From an uncultured Clostridia bacterium (GTDB lineage Bacteria; Bacillota; Clostridia; TANB77; CAG-508): a stretch of DNA of 64,000 nt. A program made the position numbers and the translations under genes. Under the pieces are notes generated by a model. That model did not search any database, was not told where the DNA came from, and saw only the letters and a list, made by a program, of their open reading frames with translations. Location of the stretch: NCBI GenBank assembly GCA_934167305.1, contig CAKPKQ010000005.1, forward strand, positions 952-64,951. Direction: 5' to 3'. Positions 46,292 to 55,307 of the stretch are shown here, piece after piece (within the stretch, counting starts at the first letter, position 1; every line of letters begins with the position of its first letter).

Positions 46292-46599
46292 TGGTGGGCA
46301 GAGATGGATTCGAACCATCGTACTCGTACGAGAACAGATTTCTTACTACTATAGTTTTCACTACCATTTAAATGTTTGTAGTCTGGACTTTCTCTTTATC
46401 TTGATAAGATACCAGGTATAAAGTCTCTACACTCGAAATTTCTTTCTAGCTCGGGATTATCATCAGCTTTATCTGTTAAGACTTCCCCGAATTAGCCCGG
46501 TTTTCATCATACAATTACTTGTATGAGCTGCAATTTCTGATTTTTTGATTTAAATCAAAGCCTACAGTCTGCCGCCTTTAGCCACTCGGCCATCTGCCC
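46292..46599 (-). tRNA. tRNA-Tyr (GTA) interrupted by a 222-nt intron in the anticodon loop. Exons are 46564-46599 and 46292-46341.
   Basis: Acceptor stem GGGCAGA/TCTGCCC plus A-CCA. D-arm GCCGAGTGGCTAAAGGC. Anticodon stem GCAGA/TCTGT. The spliced loop is CTGTAAA. There is a long variable arm and a T-arm GATGG-TTCGAAT-CCATC. The spliced length is 86 nt. Confidence 0.85.
46342..46563 (-). ncRNA. Group I intron (IC3-like) in tRNA-Tyr
   Basis: The 5' exon ends in U and the intron ends in G. Helices found (intron numbering): P2 CATACAA-GTAA-TTGTATG; P3 ACCGGG (63-68)/CCTGGT (148-153); P4 TTCGGG (73-78)/CCCGAG (109-114); P6 CTAGAAA-GAAA-TTTCGAG; P8 ATCTT-ATC-AAGAT. GTAGAGACT with GACT/AGTC forms P7. 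Confidence 0.75.
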
Positions 46600-46638
46600 A
46601 TATATTATTAAATTGTTGTACTTTAATTATTTAAAGTA

Positions 46639-46715
46639 TGGTCCGCCATCTAGGATTCGAACCTAGGACCCACCGGTTATGAGCCGGTTGCTCTGACCAA
46701 CTGAGCTAATGGCGG
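46639..46715 (-). tRNA. tRNA with CAT anticodon (elongator Met or Ile2/lysidine type), CCA encoded
   Basis: CCGCCAT/ATGGCGG acceptor stem, TAGCTCAGTTGGTCAGAGC D-arm, ACCGG-CTCATAA-CCGGT anticodon arm, CTAGG-TTCGAAT-CCTAG T-arm. Confidence 0.85.
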
Positions 46716-46836
46716 ATTTGTAATGCAAGTCTAAGTATAAATCATTTTTTTAAAATTGTCAAGTGATTTATTAATTTATTTATAATTTTTTTCATATATA
46801 AAGTGGTCAGATTACTCCAACCACTTTAATATAACA

Positions 46837-47682
46837 TTAATTGTGATTTTCTTCTCCTCTACCTTCTGGAAGTGCAGGAATTTGAACAACAATTCTAACC
46901 TTCATTGCATATTTAATTGCCTTAACAAATTTGCTGTTTTTAAATCTTTGCCATAATGTAGGTTTTACTTCTACTCTTGTTTGTTCAAAATATGTTTTCT
47001 CTTCTGGAGTTGTTTGTTCTATTTCATTTAATACTGCTTCAACTTCGTTTGGATCATCTTGTGGTGCTGGTATTAATTTTAATGCATCTGCTATTTCAAT
47101 TCCAATGTAACTTAAAGCTTTTGATCTATCTTCTATTCTTTCCATATCTATTTCAATATGAAGATTTGACTCTAAATTAACAATTCTTGCATTTATTAGT
47201 TTTACAGCATCTTGATAATTTTGTGACTTTGTTGATTTGGATCTTCCAATTATGCTTAATGTATCAATTATATCTTCTGGGAAATCTCTAGAAACTGATT
47301 TTACTGTTTCTTTCCAATTGCCTTCTTTGTTTTGAACTACTTCTAAAGTTTCTTTTAATTTATTAGCTAAAGCTATATTTTTTTCTCTTTGACGAATAAG
47401 TTCTTCTATTTTTTTTGTATTTTCTTCGAATTGATTTGTAGCATATTCAACTAATTCGTAAGCAGTTTTATATACAGCCTTAGGAAAATTTTTCTTTTTT
47501 GGATATTCAATTAAATATGTTTTTATAGATTCAATTAAATCCTTAAAAAATGCATCTTCTTCTAATTGGACAATTTGTTTCTTGCTATTAGGATTGATTA
47601 GTTTTTGAACTTTGTCCATATTTGATAATATTTTTTCTTCCGTGATAACCATTCTCACGTTTACTATGCCAGATCTAGACAT
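46837..47682 (-). CDS. Hypothetical protein (coiled-coil rich)
   Basis: 281-aa ORF with a GGAGGGAAG SD upstream. No recognisable family. Confidence 0.5.
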   Translation of the reverse strand: MSRSGIVNVRMVITEEKILSNMDKVQKLINPNSKKQIVQLEEDAFFKDLIESIKTYLIEYPKKKNFPKAVYKTAYELVEYATNQFEENTKKIEELIRQREKNIALANKLKETLEVVQNKEGNWKETVKSVSRDFPEDIIDTLSIIGRSKSTKSQNYQDAVKLINARIVNLESNLHIEIDMERIEDRSKALSYIGIEIADALKLIPAPQDDPNEVEAVLNEIEQTTPEEKTYFEQTRVEVKPTLWQRFKNSKFVKAIKYAMKVRIVVQIPALPEGRGEENHN

Positions 47683-47865
47683 CGTAAACTTCCCTCCTTT
47701 ATCCTATGTTAATTTTCCTATGTGTTAAAATTTTATACTGAATTATAAAAACTACAATAGGATTTATTCTATTCTTTTTATATTTCTGTTAAGATTTTAT
47801 TACAACATTTTTGCAAAGTCAAGGTTATTTTGTGATAAATTGTATTTTTTTGTAAAAATATTTGT

Positions 47866-49737
47866 TTAATTGTTTTTCTTTATTTCTGCATAACGTTTTA
47901 TTTTCATTGTAGTAGTTTTTTCAAATTCATCATGTTTAATTTCTAGGTTTTTAATTGCCTTGTATGATGTTAATTTTTTATTAACTTCTTTAATTTTAGG
48001 CCAAATTATTTCTCTTATTTGTTCATCAGTTAAATCTTTTCCATGTTCTTTTTCTAATTTTTCCAAATTAGGTATTACTTTTACAGAAATAATAAGTTCT
48101 TTATTGTTTTTATTTTCGCTATCTTCTTTTCCATATACCATGCATTCTTTTATTTCTGGAACTTGTGATAATAGTAGTTCTATTTCTTCCGGATAAATAT
48201 TTTTTCCATTTTGAGTTACAATTACGTTTTTGCTTCTTCCAGTTATGTATAAGAATCCATCTTTATCTAAATAGCCTATGTCTCCTGAATGAAACCATCT
48301 TTCTCCATTGATTTCTTCTATTACTTCTTTTGTTGCTTCTTCATCTTCATAATATCCAATCATTAATGTAGGACTTTTTATTAATACTTCTCCCTCACCA
48401 TTTTCATTCGGATCTTCAATACGTATTTCTCCTTTAGGAATTGCTTTTCCCGCAGACCCTACTTTTGTTTGATATTCTGGTGTTAGTGCGGCTATTGGTG
48501 CTGTTTCAGTTAGTCCATAACCTTGTAAAAATGTTATTCCTATATTTTCTACCCATTTACCAACTTTTGCATCTATTGGTGCCGCTGCTGATACTATAAT
48601 TCTTAGGTTTCCGCCTAAATTCTCGTGAATGTCAGAAAATACCTTTCTTTTAATATCTACTCCTACTGCTCTTAATGCATTTGTTACATGTATCATTGAC
48701 CCTACTAAACCATCTTTATTTGCTTTTTTTATGCTTGCATTTATTTTTTTATACAAATTTTCTATTAAAAGTGGAACTGATATCATTACTGTAGGTTTTG
48801 TTTCTAACAAGTTTGGTACAATATGTTTTAAACCTTGGCATACAGCTATTGAGCATCCCCACGCCATTGGAAGTAAAAAACCTATTGTTGATTCATAAGT
48901 ATGGTGTAAAGGTAAAACTGAAAAGAATCTGTCTTCTGGATATACTTTTGCATATGCAGTTGCTGCATTTATATTTTCAGCTAAATTTCTACTTGTTAGC
49001 ATTACTCCTTTTGAATTTGATGTAGTTCCTGAAGTAAATAATAATATTTTAAATTCATCTGGATCAGTATTTACTTTTGCAAAATAATCGTCACCTGTAT
49101 TGACTATTTTTTTGCCCTCATTTATTAAATACTTCATACCAATTGATTTACCGTTTTTTTCTTCTTCTGAGTACATTTTTATAAAATATTTAACCTTTGG
49201 ACATTTTTCCATTATTCTTTTTACGGAATCTGCTTTTTTTTCTGAATATATAATAACATCTGCTCTTGATCTTTGCACAACATTTTCAAGTTCATTGTCT
49301 GGTAGTTCTTTATCTGTTGGTATTGCAATTGAATCTATGCAAAGTGAAGTAACATATGATACATACCAAGCATATGTTGTTTCACTTAATATTAAAATTC
49401 TTGGTTTATTATTTAGTTTTAGTATTTTATTTAATGCTGTTCCAAATCCAACTACGTCTTCTCCAAATTGTTTGTATGTAATTTCTTCAAATTTTCCTTT
49501 TGGATCAAATTTTTCTAGTATAAACTCTTTATTTGCATATTTATTTATTGAATATTCAAATACTTGCTTTATATCAGAATAGTTTGTAGCTATATACTCT
49601 TTTTTATCTTTTTTCTTTTCTTTTGCTTTTTCTATTTCTTCACTATTCATATCAATTTCTTCAATTTCAGATATGTCTTTCATCTTGAATTTTGGAAATT
49701 TGAAATTTGGAACTTTAAAATCTCTTAATCCTCTCAT
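47866..49737 (-). CDS. Long-chain acyl-CoA synthetase (AMP-binding family)
   Basis: LLFTSGTTSNSKGVMLT AMP-binding motif, plus GYGLTET, SGDIGYLDKDGFLYITGRSK and KIKR. Confidence 0.88.
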   Translation of the reverse strand: MRGLRDFKVPNFKFPKFKMKDISEIEEIDMNSEEIEKAKEKKKDKKEYIATNYSDIKQVFEYSINKYANKEFILEKFDPKGKFEEITYKQFGEDVVGFGTALNKILKLNNKPRILILSETTYAWYVSYVTSLCIDSIAIPTDKELPDNELENVVQRSRADVIIYSEKKADSVKRIMEKCPKVKYFIKMYSEEEKNGKSIGMKYLINEGKKIVNTGDDYFAKVNTDPDEFKILLFTSGTTSNSKGVMLTSRNLAENINAATAYAKVYPEDRFFSVLPLHHTYESTIGFLLPMAWGCSIAVCQGLKHIVPNLLETKPTVMISVPLLIENLYKKINASIKKANKDGLVGSMIHVTNALRAVGVDIKRKVFSDIHENLGGNLRIIVSAAAPIDAKVGKWVENIGITFLQGYGLTETAPIAALTPEYQTKVGSAGKAIPKGEIRIEDPNENGEGEVLIKSPTLMIGYYEDEEATKEVIEEINGERWFHSGDIGYLDKDGFLYITGRSKNVIVTQNGKNIYPEEIELLLSQVPEIKECMVYGKEDSENKNNKELIISVKVIPNLEKLEKEHGKDLTDEQIREIIWPKIKEVNKKLTSYKAIKNLEIKHDEFEKTTTMKIKRYAEIKKNN

Positions 49738-49846
49738 TTTTATTCACTCCTGTTTTTCTTAATAAAACAATTAATATTATACATTTTTATTTTAAATTTT
49801 GCAAGTTTTTGGGGATAGAGAATTAAAATCTCTATCCCCTCATAAT

Positions 49847-51382
49847 TTATCTTGGATTATTTATTAAATCTGGGCAACTACTATATGTTGAACCATTCAT
49901 CTTCCATACTGAACTACTTAGTCCACTTGGTAAACTTGTTAATCCTGTTGATGTTGTATCATAAGTATACAAATTTGAATATGATGGTCTTGTTGTAGCA
50001 ATATATCCTACATCATCTGATGTATCATCTATTCCAACGATATTGTTTGTATTAGCTATATAAATGTTATTTAAGCTACCACCTTTACACCATCCAACCA
50101 TGCCTCCAACTGCCGCTGCTCCTTTTACTACATTTGTTAATATAGCATAGCTATCTTTTATACTTCCAGTACTTCCACCAGCTATACCACCCATGTTTTG
50201 GTATATAGATGTACTACTATTGTAATATGAATTTATTTCTGAATTAGCAACTGTACTATTTACTCCTCCTATAAAATAAGACTCTGATATACTTCCAAAG
50301 TTTTTGCCTGTTATTCCTCCAGTCCATTTATAGCCTTTATTTGCACTCTGAGCACTACATTTGCTTATTGTTCCAGAATTACTGCCTGCTATTCCTCCTG
50401 CTGCTCCAGCTGTTGAAGCATTTGTGCTTGTAGAAGTTACACTTCCGCTTACATGACAATTTTCAATTGTAGCTCCATCCATATTATTTCCACATATAAT
50501 TCCAACTACTGATGAAGCCTTGACTGTAGCAGATGTTATATTTAAATTTTTTATAGTTCCACTGTTGACTTCTACAAATCCAATATTTCGACTTGATGAG
50601 AAATCACTTGTTAAATTTGAAATAGTATATCCTCTTCCATTAAAGCTACCTGAGAAATATATTTTGTCATTAACTTTTCCTAGTGGAGTCCAATTAGCTG
50701 AACCAAGATCTATATCATTATCTAAAGCATATTTGTCATCTAACTTCTTTTGTATATTTTTTAATCCTGTTGAATTTTTTATTAGAACTTCACCATCATC
50801 AGTCTCTTTACATACATTTAAAGTATATTCACTTTTATCTGCTTTTTCATTTTCAATGACTACTGTTGGATTTTCAATTGATGAATCATGTTTTGAATAT
50901 AAAACATATCCCTCTGGCATTTTTACTGTTGATTCATTTAAAGGTGTCGTTTCTAAAAGTTTCAAACCTACTGTATCAACGTTTTCTTCATTTATATAAT
51001 CATACAAAGCAACTTTTACAGATATTAATTTCTTATTATATGGTATAGTATAAGTTTTACCTTTATAATTTACCTTTATTTCAGTTCCACTATCTGATAT
51101 GTCTCCATCTTCTACACCAAGTTTATGAAGTTCATCTATTAATTGACTTTTATTTATTCTTCCTTCTTCATTTATAGAAGCTGCAAATTTAATAGTTTCA
51201 ATTTCTTCATCTGATTGAGATGTTTCATACTCTTTTACAGCTTTTTCTGTAGTATTAAAATTACCTGTTGCAATTTGTATAGCAACCACACTTAGTAATA
51301 GCAAAACAACTATTGTTATAATAAGTGCAACTAATGTAATACCTTTTGTTTCTACGAATTTTTTCTTTAGCATTTTTATCAT
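49847..51382 (-). CDS. Pilin-like leader/helix protein with C-terminal GLUG-motif repeats
   Basis: N-terminus KKFVETKG|ITLVALIITIVVLLLL. The C-terminal half has repeated GGIAG/GGITG/GGMVG units with alternating G-x-I-x-N/S strands, typical of GLUG domains. Confidence 0.7.
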   Translation of the reverse strand: MIKMLKKKFVETKGITLVALIITIVVLLLLSVVAIQIATGNFNTTEKAVKEYETSQSDEEIETIKFAASINEEGRINKSQLIDELHKLGVEDGDISDSGTEIKVNYKGKTYTIPYNKKLISVKVALYDYINEENVDTVGLKLLETTPLNESTVKMPEGYVLYSKHDSSIENPTVVIENEKADKSEYTLNVCKETDDGEVLIKNSTGLKNIQKKLDDKYALDNDIDLGSANWTPLGKVNDKIYFSGSFNGRGYTISNLTSDFSSSRNIGFVEVNSGTIKNLNITSATVKASSVVGIICGNNMDGATIENCHVSGSVTSTSTNASTAGAAGGIAGSNSGTISKCSAQSANKGYKWTGGITGKNFGSISESYFIGGVNSTVANSEINSYYNSSTSIYQNMGGIAGGSTGSIKDSYAILTNVVKGAAAVGGMVGWCKGGSLNNIYIANTNNIVGIDDTSDDVGYIATTRPSYSNLYTYDTTSTGLTSLPSGLSSSVWKMNGSTYSSCPDLINNPR

Positions 51383-51427
51383 TCCTTTCTATTTTTTTAT
51401 ACCACACATTTCAATTTTTGTCCATAT

Positions 51428-51460
51428 AAAAAGAACATATTTTTAATATATGTTCTTTTT
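51428..51460 (-). terminator. Terminator downstream of mreB
   Basis: Stem aaaaagaacatat/atatgttcttttt. Confidence 0.7.
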
Positions 51461-51467
51461 ATAATTT

Positions 51468-52472
51468 TTATTTTCTTCTTTTACCATCTAGTGCATCTAA
51501 ATTATCTAATGCCTTTCCTGTTCCTAATGCTACACATGATACAGCATCTTGAGCTATCATTACATTTATTCCTGTTTTTTCTTGTAGTAGTTTATCTAGT
51601 CCGTCTATTAAGCAACCTCCACCTGTCATATAAATACCTCTGTCACTAATATCTGCTGCAAGTTCTGGCGGTGTTTTTTCTAACACTCCATGTACTGCAT
51701 CAACAACCATCATTGCTGGTTCTATAAGTGCTTCTAGCATTTCACTTGAACGAACTGTTACTGTTTTTGGAAGTCCAGTTGCTAAGTCTCTTCCTCTTAT
51801 ATCCATTTCCATATCTTGGATTTTTGGGTATACACATCCTATATTAATTTTTAAATCTTCAGCTGTTCTTTCTCCTATAACTACATTGTGTTTTCTTTTT
51901 ATATATTTAACTATTGCCTCATCAAACTTGTCTCCTGCCACTTTAATAGAACTGCTTACTACAGAGCCACCTAAAGATATAACTGCAATATCAGTTGTTC
52001 CTCCACCAATGTCAACTACCATATTTCCACATGGTTTAGATATATCTAGCCCTGCTCCAATTGCTGCAGCTATTGGTTCTTCAATTAAATATACTTTTCT
52101 TGCACCTGCTTGTGAAGCAGCATCTATAACTGCCTTTTTTTCAACTTCAGTAACTTGTGAAGGTATACAAATCATAATTCGTGGTGCAAATATAAATTTG
52201 CCACAAACTCTATTAATAAAATATTTAAGCATTTTTTCTGTTACGGTGTAATTAGATATTACTCCATCTCTTAATGGTCTTGTTGCAACTATGTTTCCAG
52301 GTGTCCTTCCAAGCATTCTTCTTGCTTCTTTTCCAACTGCTAAGACCTCTCCTGTATTATTATCTACTGCAACTACTGATGGTTCTCTTAGTACTATCCC
52401 TTTACCTTTAGCATAGGCAATAACTGTTGCTGTTCCTAAATCTATTCCTATATCTTGTCCATACTTAAACAT
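51468..52472 (-). CDS. mreB: Rod shape-determining protein MreB/Mbl
   Basis: 334 aa with GIDLGTA, VVDIGGGTTD and LTGGG-type actin-fold motifs. Confidence 0.95.
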   Translation of the reverse strand: MFKYGQDIGIDLGTATVIAYAKGKGIVLREPSVVAVDNNTGEVLAVGKEARRMLGRTPGNIVATRPLRDGVISNYTVTEKMLKYFINRVCGKFIFAPRIMICIPSQVTEVEKKAVIDAASQAGARKVYLIEEPIAAAIGAGLDISKPCGNMVVDIGGGTTDIAVISLGGSVVSSSIKVAGDKFDEAIVKYIKRKHNVVIGERTAEDLKINIGCVYPKIQDMEMDIRGRDLATGLPKTVTVRSSEMLEALIEPAMMVVDAVHGVLEKTPPELAADISDRGIYMTGGGCLIDGLDKLLQEKTGINVMIAQDAVSCVALGTGKALDNLDALDGKRRK

Positions 52473-52593
52473 TTAAAATCTTTCCTTTCGATAAAGTACA
52501 TTTCTGTTTTGTTACAATTCTGTTACAATTATATTACAAAGTATTCAAAATAGCAATCAATTTTTAATATATTTTTTAATATTATATTGCACA

Positions 52594-52624
52594 AAAATAG
52601 AGTATGTTTTTCATACTCTATTTT
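52594..52624 (-). terminator. Terminator downstream of 52642..53163
   Basis: Stem aaaatagagtatg/catactctatttt. Confidence 0.7.
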
Positions 52625-52641
52625 ACCATTTTTTTCTTTAT

Positions 52642-53163
52642 TTATGCAAATAGACGTCCTAAAAGTAATAATTGAATTATTCCTGCTGGTGCAAATGTTG
52701 GAATAAGCTCTAATTCTTCAGGAGTAGCTTTTAACAAATCGTCTTCTCCTGCCATTGAGATTTTTACTGAAGATACATTATCATATTTAAATCCTAATTC
52801 AAAGTTTTTTTCAACTCCAACATCTAAGCTGTCTATTTTTAAGTATTTAGTTCCTATATTAACATCTCTAGGTGTATAAAAATCAAATCTTATGTATTTA
52901 TCTATTAATTTTTCATCTGTGGTATTTTTAATAGTTCCTTTAACATTTCCGTTTACATTTGATGCTTCTGCAACATTAACTGTAACTTGAGGAGCTTCTA
53001 TATTTACTTCATACTTTTCCATTGGTTTATATAATGATTTTGTATATAAGTATATCATTACATCTGAAAAAGCAAATACTATTAAGAATAATAGTACATA
53101 ACATAAAAGCACTTTCATTCTAGGTCTACTATTATATATCCATATTGATAAATAGTCGCTCAT
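52642..53163 (-). CDS. Membrane-anchored hypothetical protein, downstream of lexA
   Basis: 173 aa with an N-terminal TM and a hydrophobic C-terminal tail. 15 nt after the lexA stop. Confidence 0.5.
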   Translation of the reverse strand: MSDYLSIWIYNSRPRMKVLLCYVLLFLIVFAFSDVMIYLYTKSLYKPMEKYEVNIEAPQVTVNVAEASNVNGNVKGTIKNTTDEKLIDKYIRFDFYTPRDVNIGTKYLKIDSLDVGVEKNFELGFKYDNVSSVKISMAGEDDLLKATPEELELIPTFAPAGIIQLLLLGRLFA

Positions 53164-53178
53164 TTTATACCCCTTTCT

Positions 53179-53838
53179 TTATAGCTTTCTAAATACTCCT
53201 GCTACTTTTCCTAATATTTCACATGTTGGTACAATTATTGGATCCATGGTGCTATTTTGTGGTTGTAATCTAATATGGTCTTTTTCTTTATAAAATGTTT
53301 TTACTGTTGCTTCATCTCCTATTAATGCTACAACTATTTCACCATTTATAGCAGTATTTTGTTTTTTTACTAAAATATAATCTCCGTTCAAAATACCTGC
53401 TTCTATCATACTTTCTCCTCTAACAGTAAGCATAAAGCTTTCGCTGTTTCCAACAAAATCAATTGGAATTGGAAATGTATCTGTAACATTTTCTACTGCT
53501 AATATTGGTTCTCCAGCTGTAATTTTTCCGATAACAGGTACTTCAACCATTTCTCTACCAGTATAATAATTTTTGTCTTCATGTTTTCCAACTGGTTCTC
53601 CATTTCCACCTTTTAATAGGCGTAGAGTTCTACCTTTTTGATCTTCCTTTTTTATGTACCCTTTTTCAGATAGTTTTGATAAATAGCCATGTACTGTTGC
53701 TGTTGATTTTAATCCAACAGCTTTTCCAATTTCTCTTACTGATGGTGCATAGCCTTTTTCATCTACTTGTTTTTCAATAAATTTTAGTATTGCCTTTTCT
53801 CTTTTATTAATTGACATAGGATCTTTTCTTTTAGCCAA
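53179..53838 (-). CDS. lexA: LexA repressor
   Basis: wHTH (PSVREIGKAVGL), a cleavage-site region, and the S24 Ser/Lys domain (VRGESMIEAGI..., ATVKTF). The TTG at 53838 sits 10 nt after AAGGAG. An ATG at 53817 aligns better with Bacillus LexA. Confidence 0.93.
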   Translation of the reverse strand: MAKRKDPMSINKREKAILKFIEKQVDEKGYAPSVREIGKAVGLKSTATVHGYLSKLSEKGYIKKEDQKGRTLRLLKGGNGEPVGKHEDKNYYTGREMVEVPVIGKITAGEPILAVENVTDTFPIPIDFVGNSESFMLTVRGESMIEAGILNGDYILVKKQNTAINGEIVVALIGDEATVKTFYKEKDHIRLQPQNSTMDPIIVPTCEILGKVAGVFRKL

Positions 53839-53969
53839 AATAACATCACTCCTTATTTTATCTCTTTAATTGGTTAATTTAACCATTTTTCCATTCTTTT
53901 ATATAATAACATACAAACAAAAAAATGTCAAACAAATATTTGACATTTTTTGTATAAATATATTATTTT

Positions 53970-55280
53970 TTATGCAGTTCCTGCTTTTTTAGTTGTTGAT
54001 TGTCTTTTAACTTTTACAGTTTTTGGTTCAGGAATTTCCCTATTATTATTTATAATAATTTTAGGTGGCTCTCCATTCTTTACTGTTTCTTCAGTTATTA
54101 TACATTTTTCTATTTTAGGATTAGAAGGTATTTCAAACATTATATCTCTCATAATTTCTTCTATAATAGAACGTAAACCTCTTGCGCCAGTTTTTCTCTC
54201 TATTGCTTTATCAACTATTAAATTTAATGCTTCTTTTTCAAATTCAAGATCAACATTGTCTAATTTAAATAGTTTTTGATATTGTTTTACTAATGCATTT
54301 TTAGGTTTTGTAACAATGTCAATTAAAGCATCCCTGTCTAATTCTTGTAATGTTGCAATAATTGGCAATCTACCTACAAACTCTGGTATTAAACCAAATT
54401 TTAATAAATCTTGTGGTAATAATTGTTCAAACACCTTGTATTTGTCAATGTCTTTGTTGCTTTCTATTTTAGCTCCAAATCCTATTGATTTTTGGCCTAT
54501 TCTATCTTTTACTATTTTTTCAAGTCCTTCAAATGCTCCTCCACATATAAACAATATGTTTGATGTGTTTATTTGTATAAACTCTTGATGAGGATGTTTT
54601 CTTCCTCCCTGTGGTGGCACTGATGCTACTGTTCCTTCTACTATTTTTAGTAAAGCTTGTTGTACACCTTCTCCACTAACATCTCTAGTAATTGAAGGAT
54701 TTTCAGACTTTCTAGAAATTTTATCTATTTCATCAATATATATAATTCCTTTTTCTGCTTTTTCTATATCGTAGTCAGCTGCTTGAATAAGTTTTAGTAA
54801 AATATTTTCAACATCTTCTCCAACATAACCTGCTTCTGTTAATGTTGTTGCATCTGCTATTGCAAATGGAACTTGCAATATTTTGGCTAAAGTTTGAGCT
54901 AACAAAGTTTTACCACAACCTGTAGGCCCTAATAATAAAACATTACTTTTTTGTAATTCCACATCATCAGATTCTTCTTGATGATTTATTCTTTTGTAAT
55001 GGTTGTATACGGCAACAGATAGTGTCTTTTTAGCTTCATCTTGACCAATTACATATGAGTCTAAAACTTCTTTTATCTCAGCTGGTTTTGGTAGTTTATC
55101 TTCGACCTTTGTTGTATATGTCATTTCTGCATCTTCATATATTTCTTCTTCTAAAATATTGTTACATACTTTTATACATTCATCACAAATATATACTCCA
55201 GGTCCAGCAATAATTCTACCTACTGCTTCTTGTGATTTACCACAAAAAGAACATTTTACGCCTTTAGTTTTATTTGTCAT
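53970..55280 (-). CDS. clpX: ATP-dependent Clp protease ATP-binding subunit ClpX
   Basis: Zinc ribbon CSFCGK...CDEC, Walker [24 protein letters not shown]. Confidence 0.97.
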   Translation of the reverse strand: MTNKTKGVKCSFCGKSQEAVGRIIAGPGVYICDECIKVCNNILEEEIYEDAEMTYTTKVEDKLPKPAEIKEVLDSYVIGQDEAKKTLSVAVYNHYKRINHQEESDDVELQKSNVLLLGPTGCGKTLLAQTLAKILQVPFAIADATTLTEAGYVGEDVENILLKLIQAADYDIEKAEKGIIYIDEIDKISRKSENPSITRDVSGEGVQQALLKIVEGTVASVPPQGGRKHPHQEFIQINTSNILFICGGAFEGLEKIVKDRIGQKSIGFGAKIESNKDIDKYKVFEQLLPQDLLKFGLIPEFVGRLPIIATLQELDRDALIDIVTKPKNALVKQYQKLFKLDNVDLEFEKEALNLIVDKAIERKTGARGLRSIIEEIMRDIMFEIPSNPKIEKCIITEETVKNGEPPKIIINNNREIPEPKTVKVKRQSTTKKAGTA

Positions 55281-55307
55281 TTTCAGCTAATTTCCTTTCA
55301 ATTTTGA

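Noticed and set aside
46341-46564. Alternative splice-site assignment for the tRNA-Tyr intron (exon 1 ending ...CTGTA, intron ending ...AAGA).
   Set aside because: Both give the same mature tRNA because of the repeated A. Only the chosen boundaries put U before the 5' splice site and G as the last intron base, as group I chemistry requires. P1 pairing (CUGU with GCAG at intron positions 33-36) is short, and I could not define it confidently.
49808-49842. Hairpin ggggatagaga-attaaaa-tctctatcccc between the GLUG gene and the acyl-CoA synthetase gene, considered as a relative of the GGGGACG elements.
   Set aside because: It shares only the GGGGA start and has no TGTCAGTT/AACTGACA brackets. It is most simply the terminator-like hairpin after the GLUG gene, although the T-run is on the wrong side for a canonical minus-strand terminator.
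53950-54588. Plus-strand ORFs 53950..54279 and 54316..54588, opposite clpX. Similar antisense ORFs lie inside fhs, glgP, lysS, recN, tig and the acyl-CoA synthetase gene.
   Set aside because: All lie inside high-confidence genes on the other strand and have low-complexity translations.
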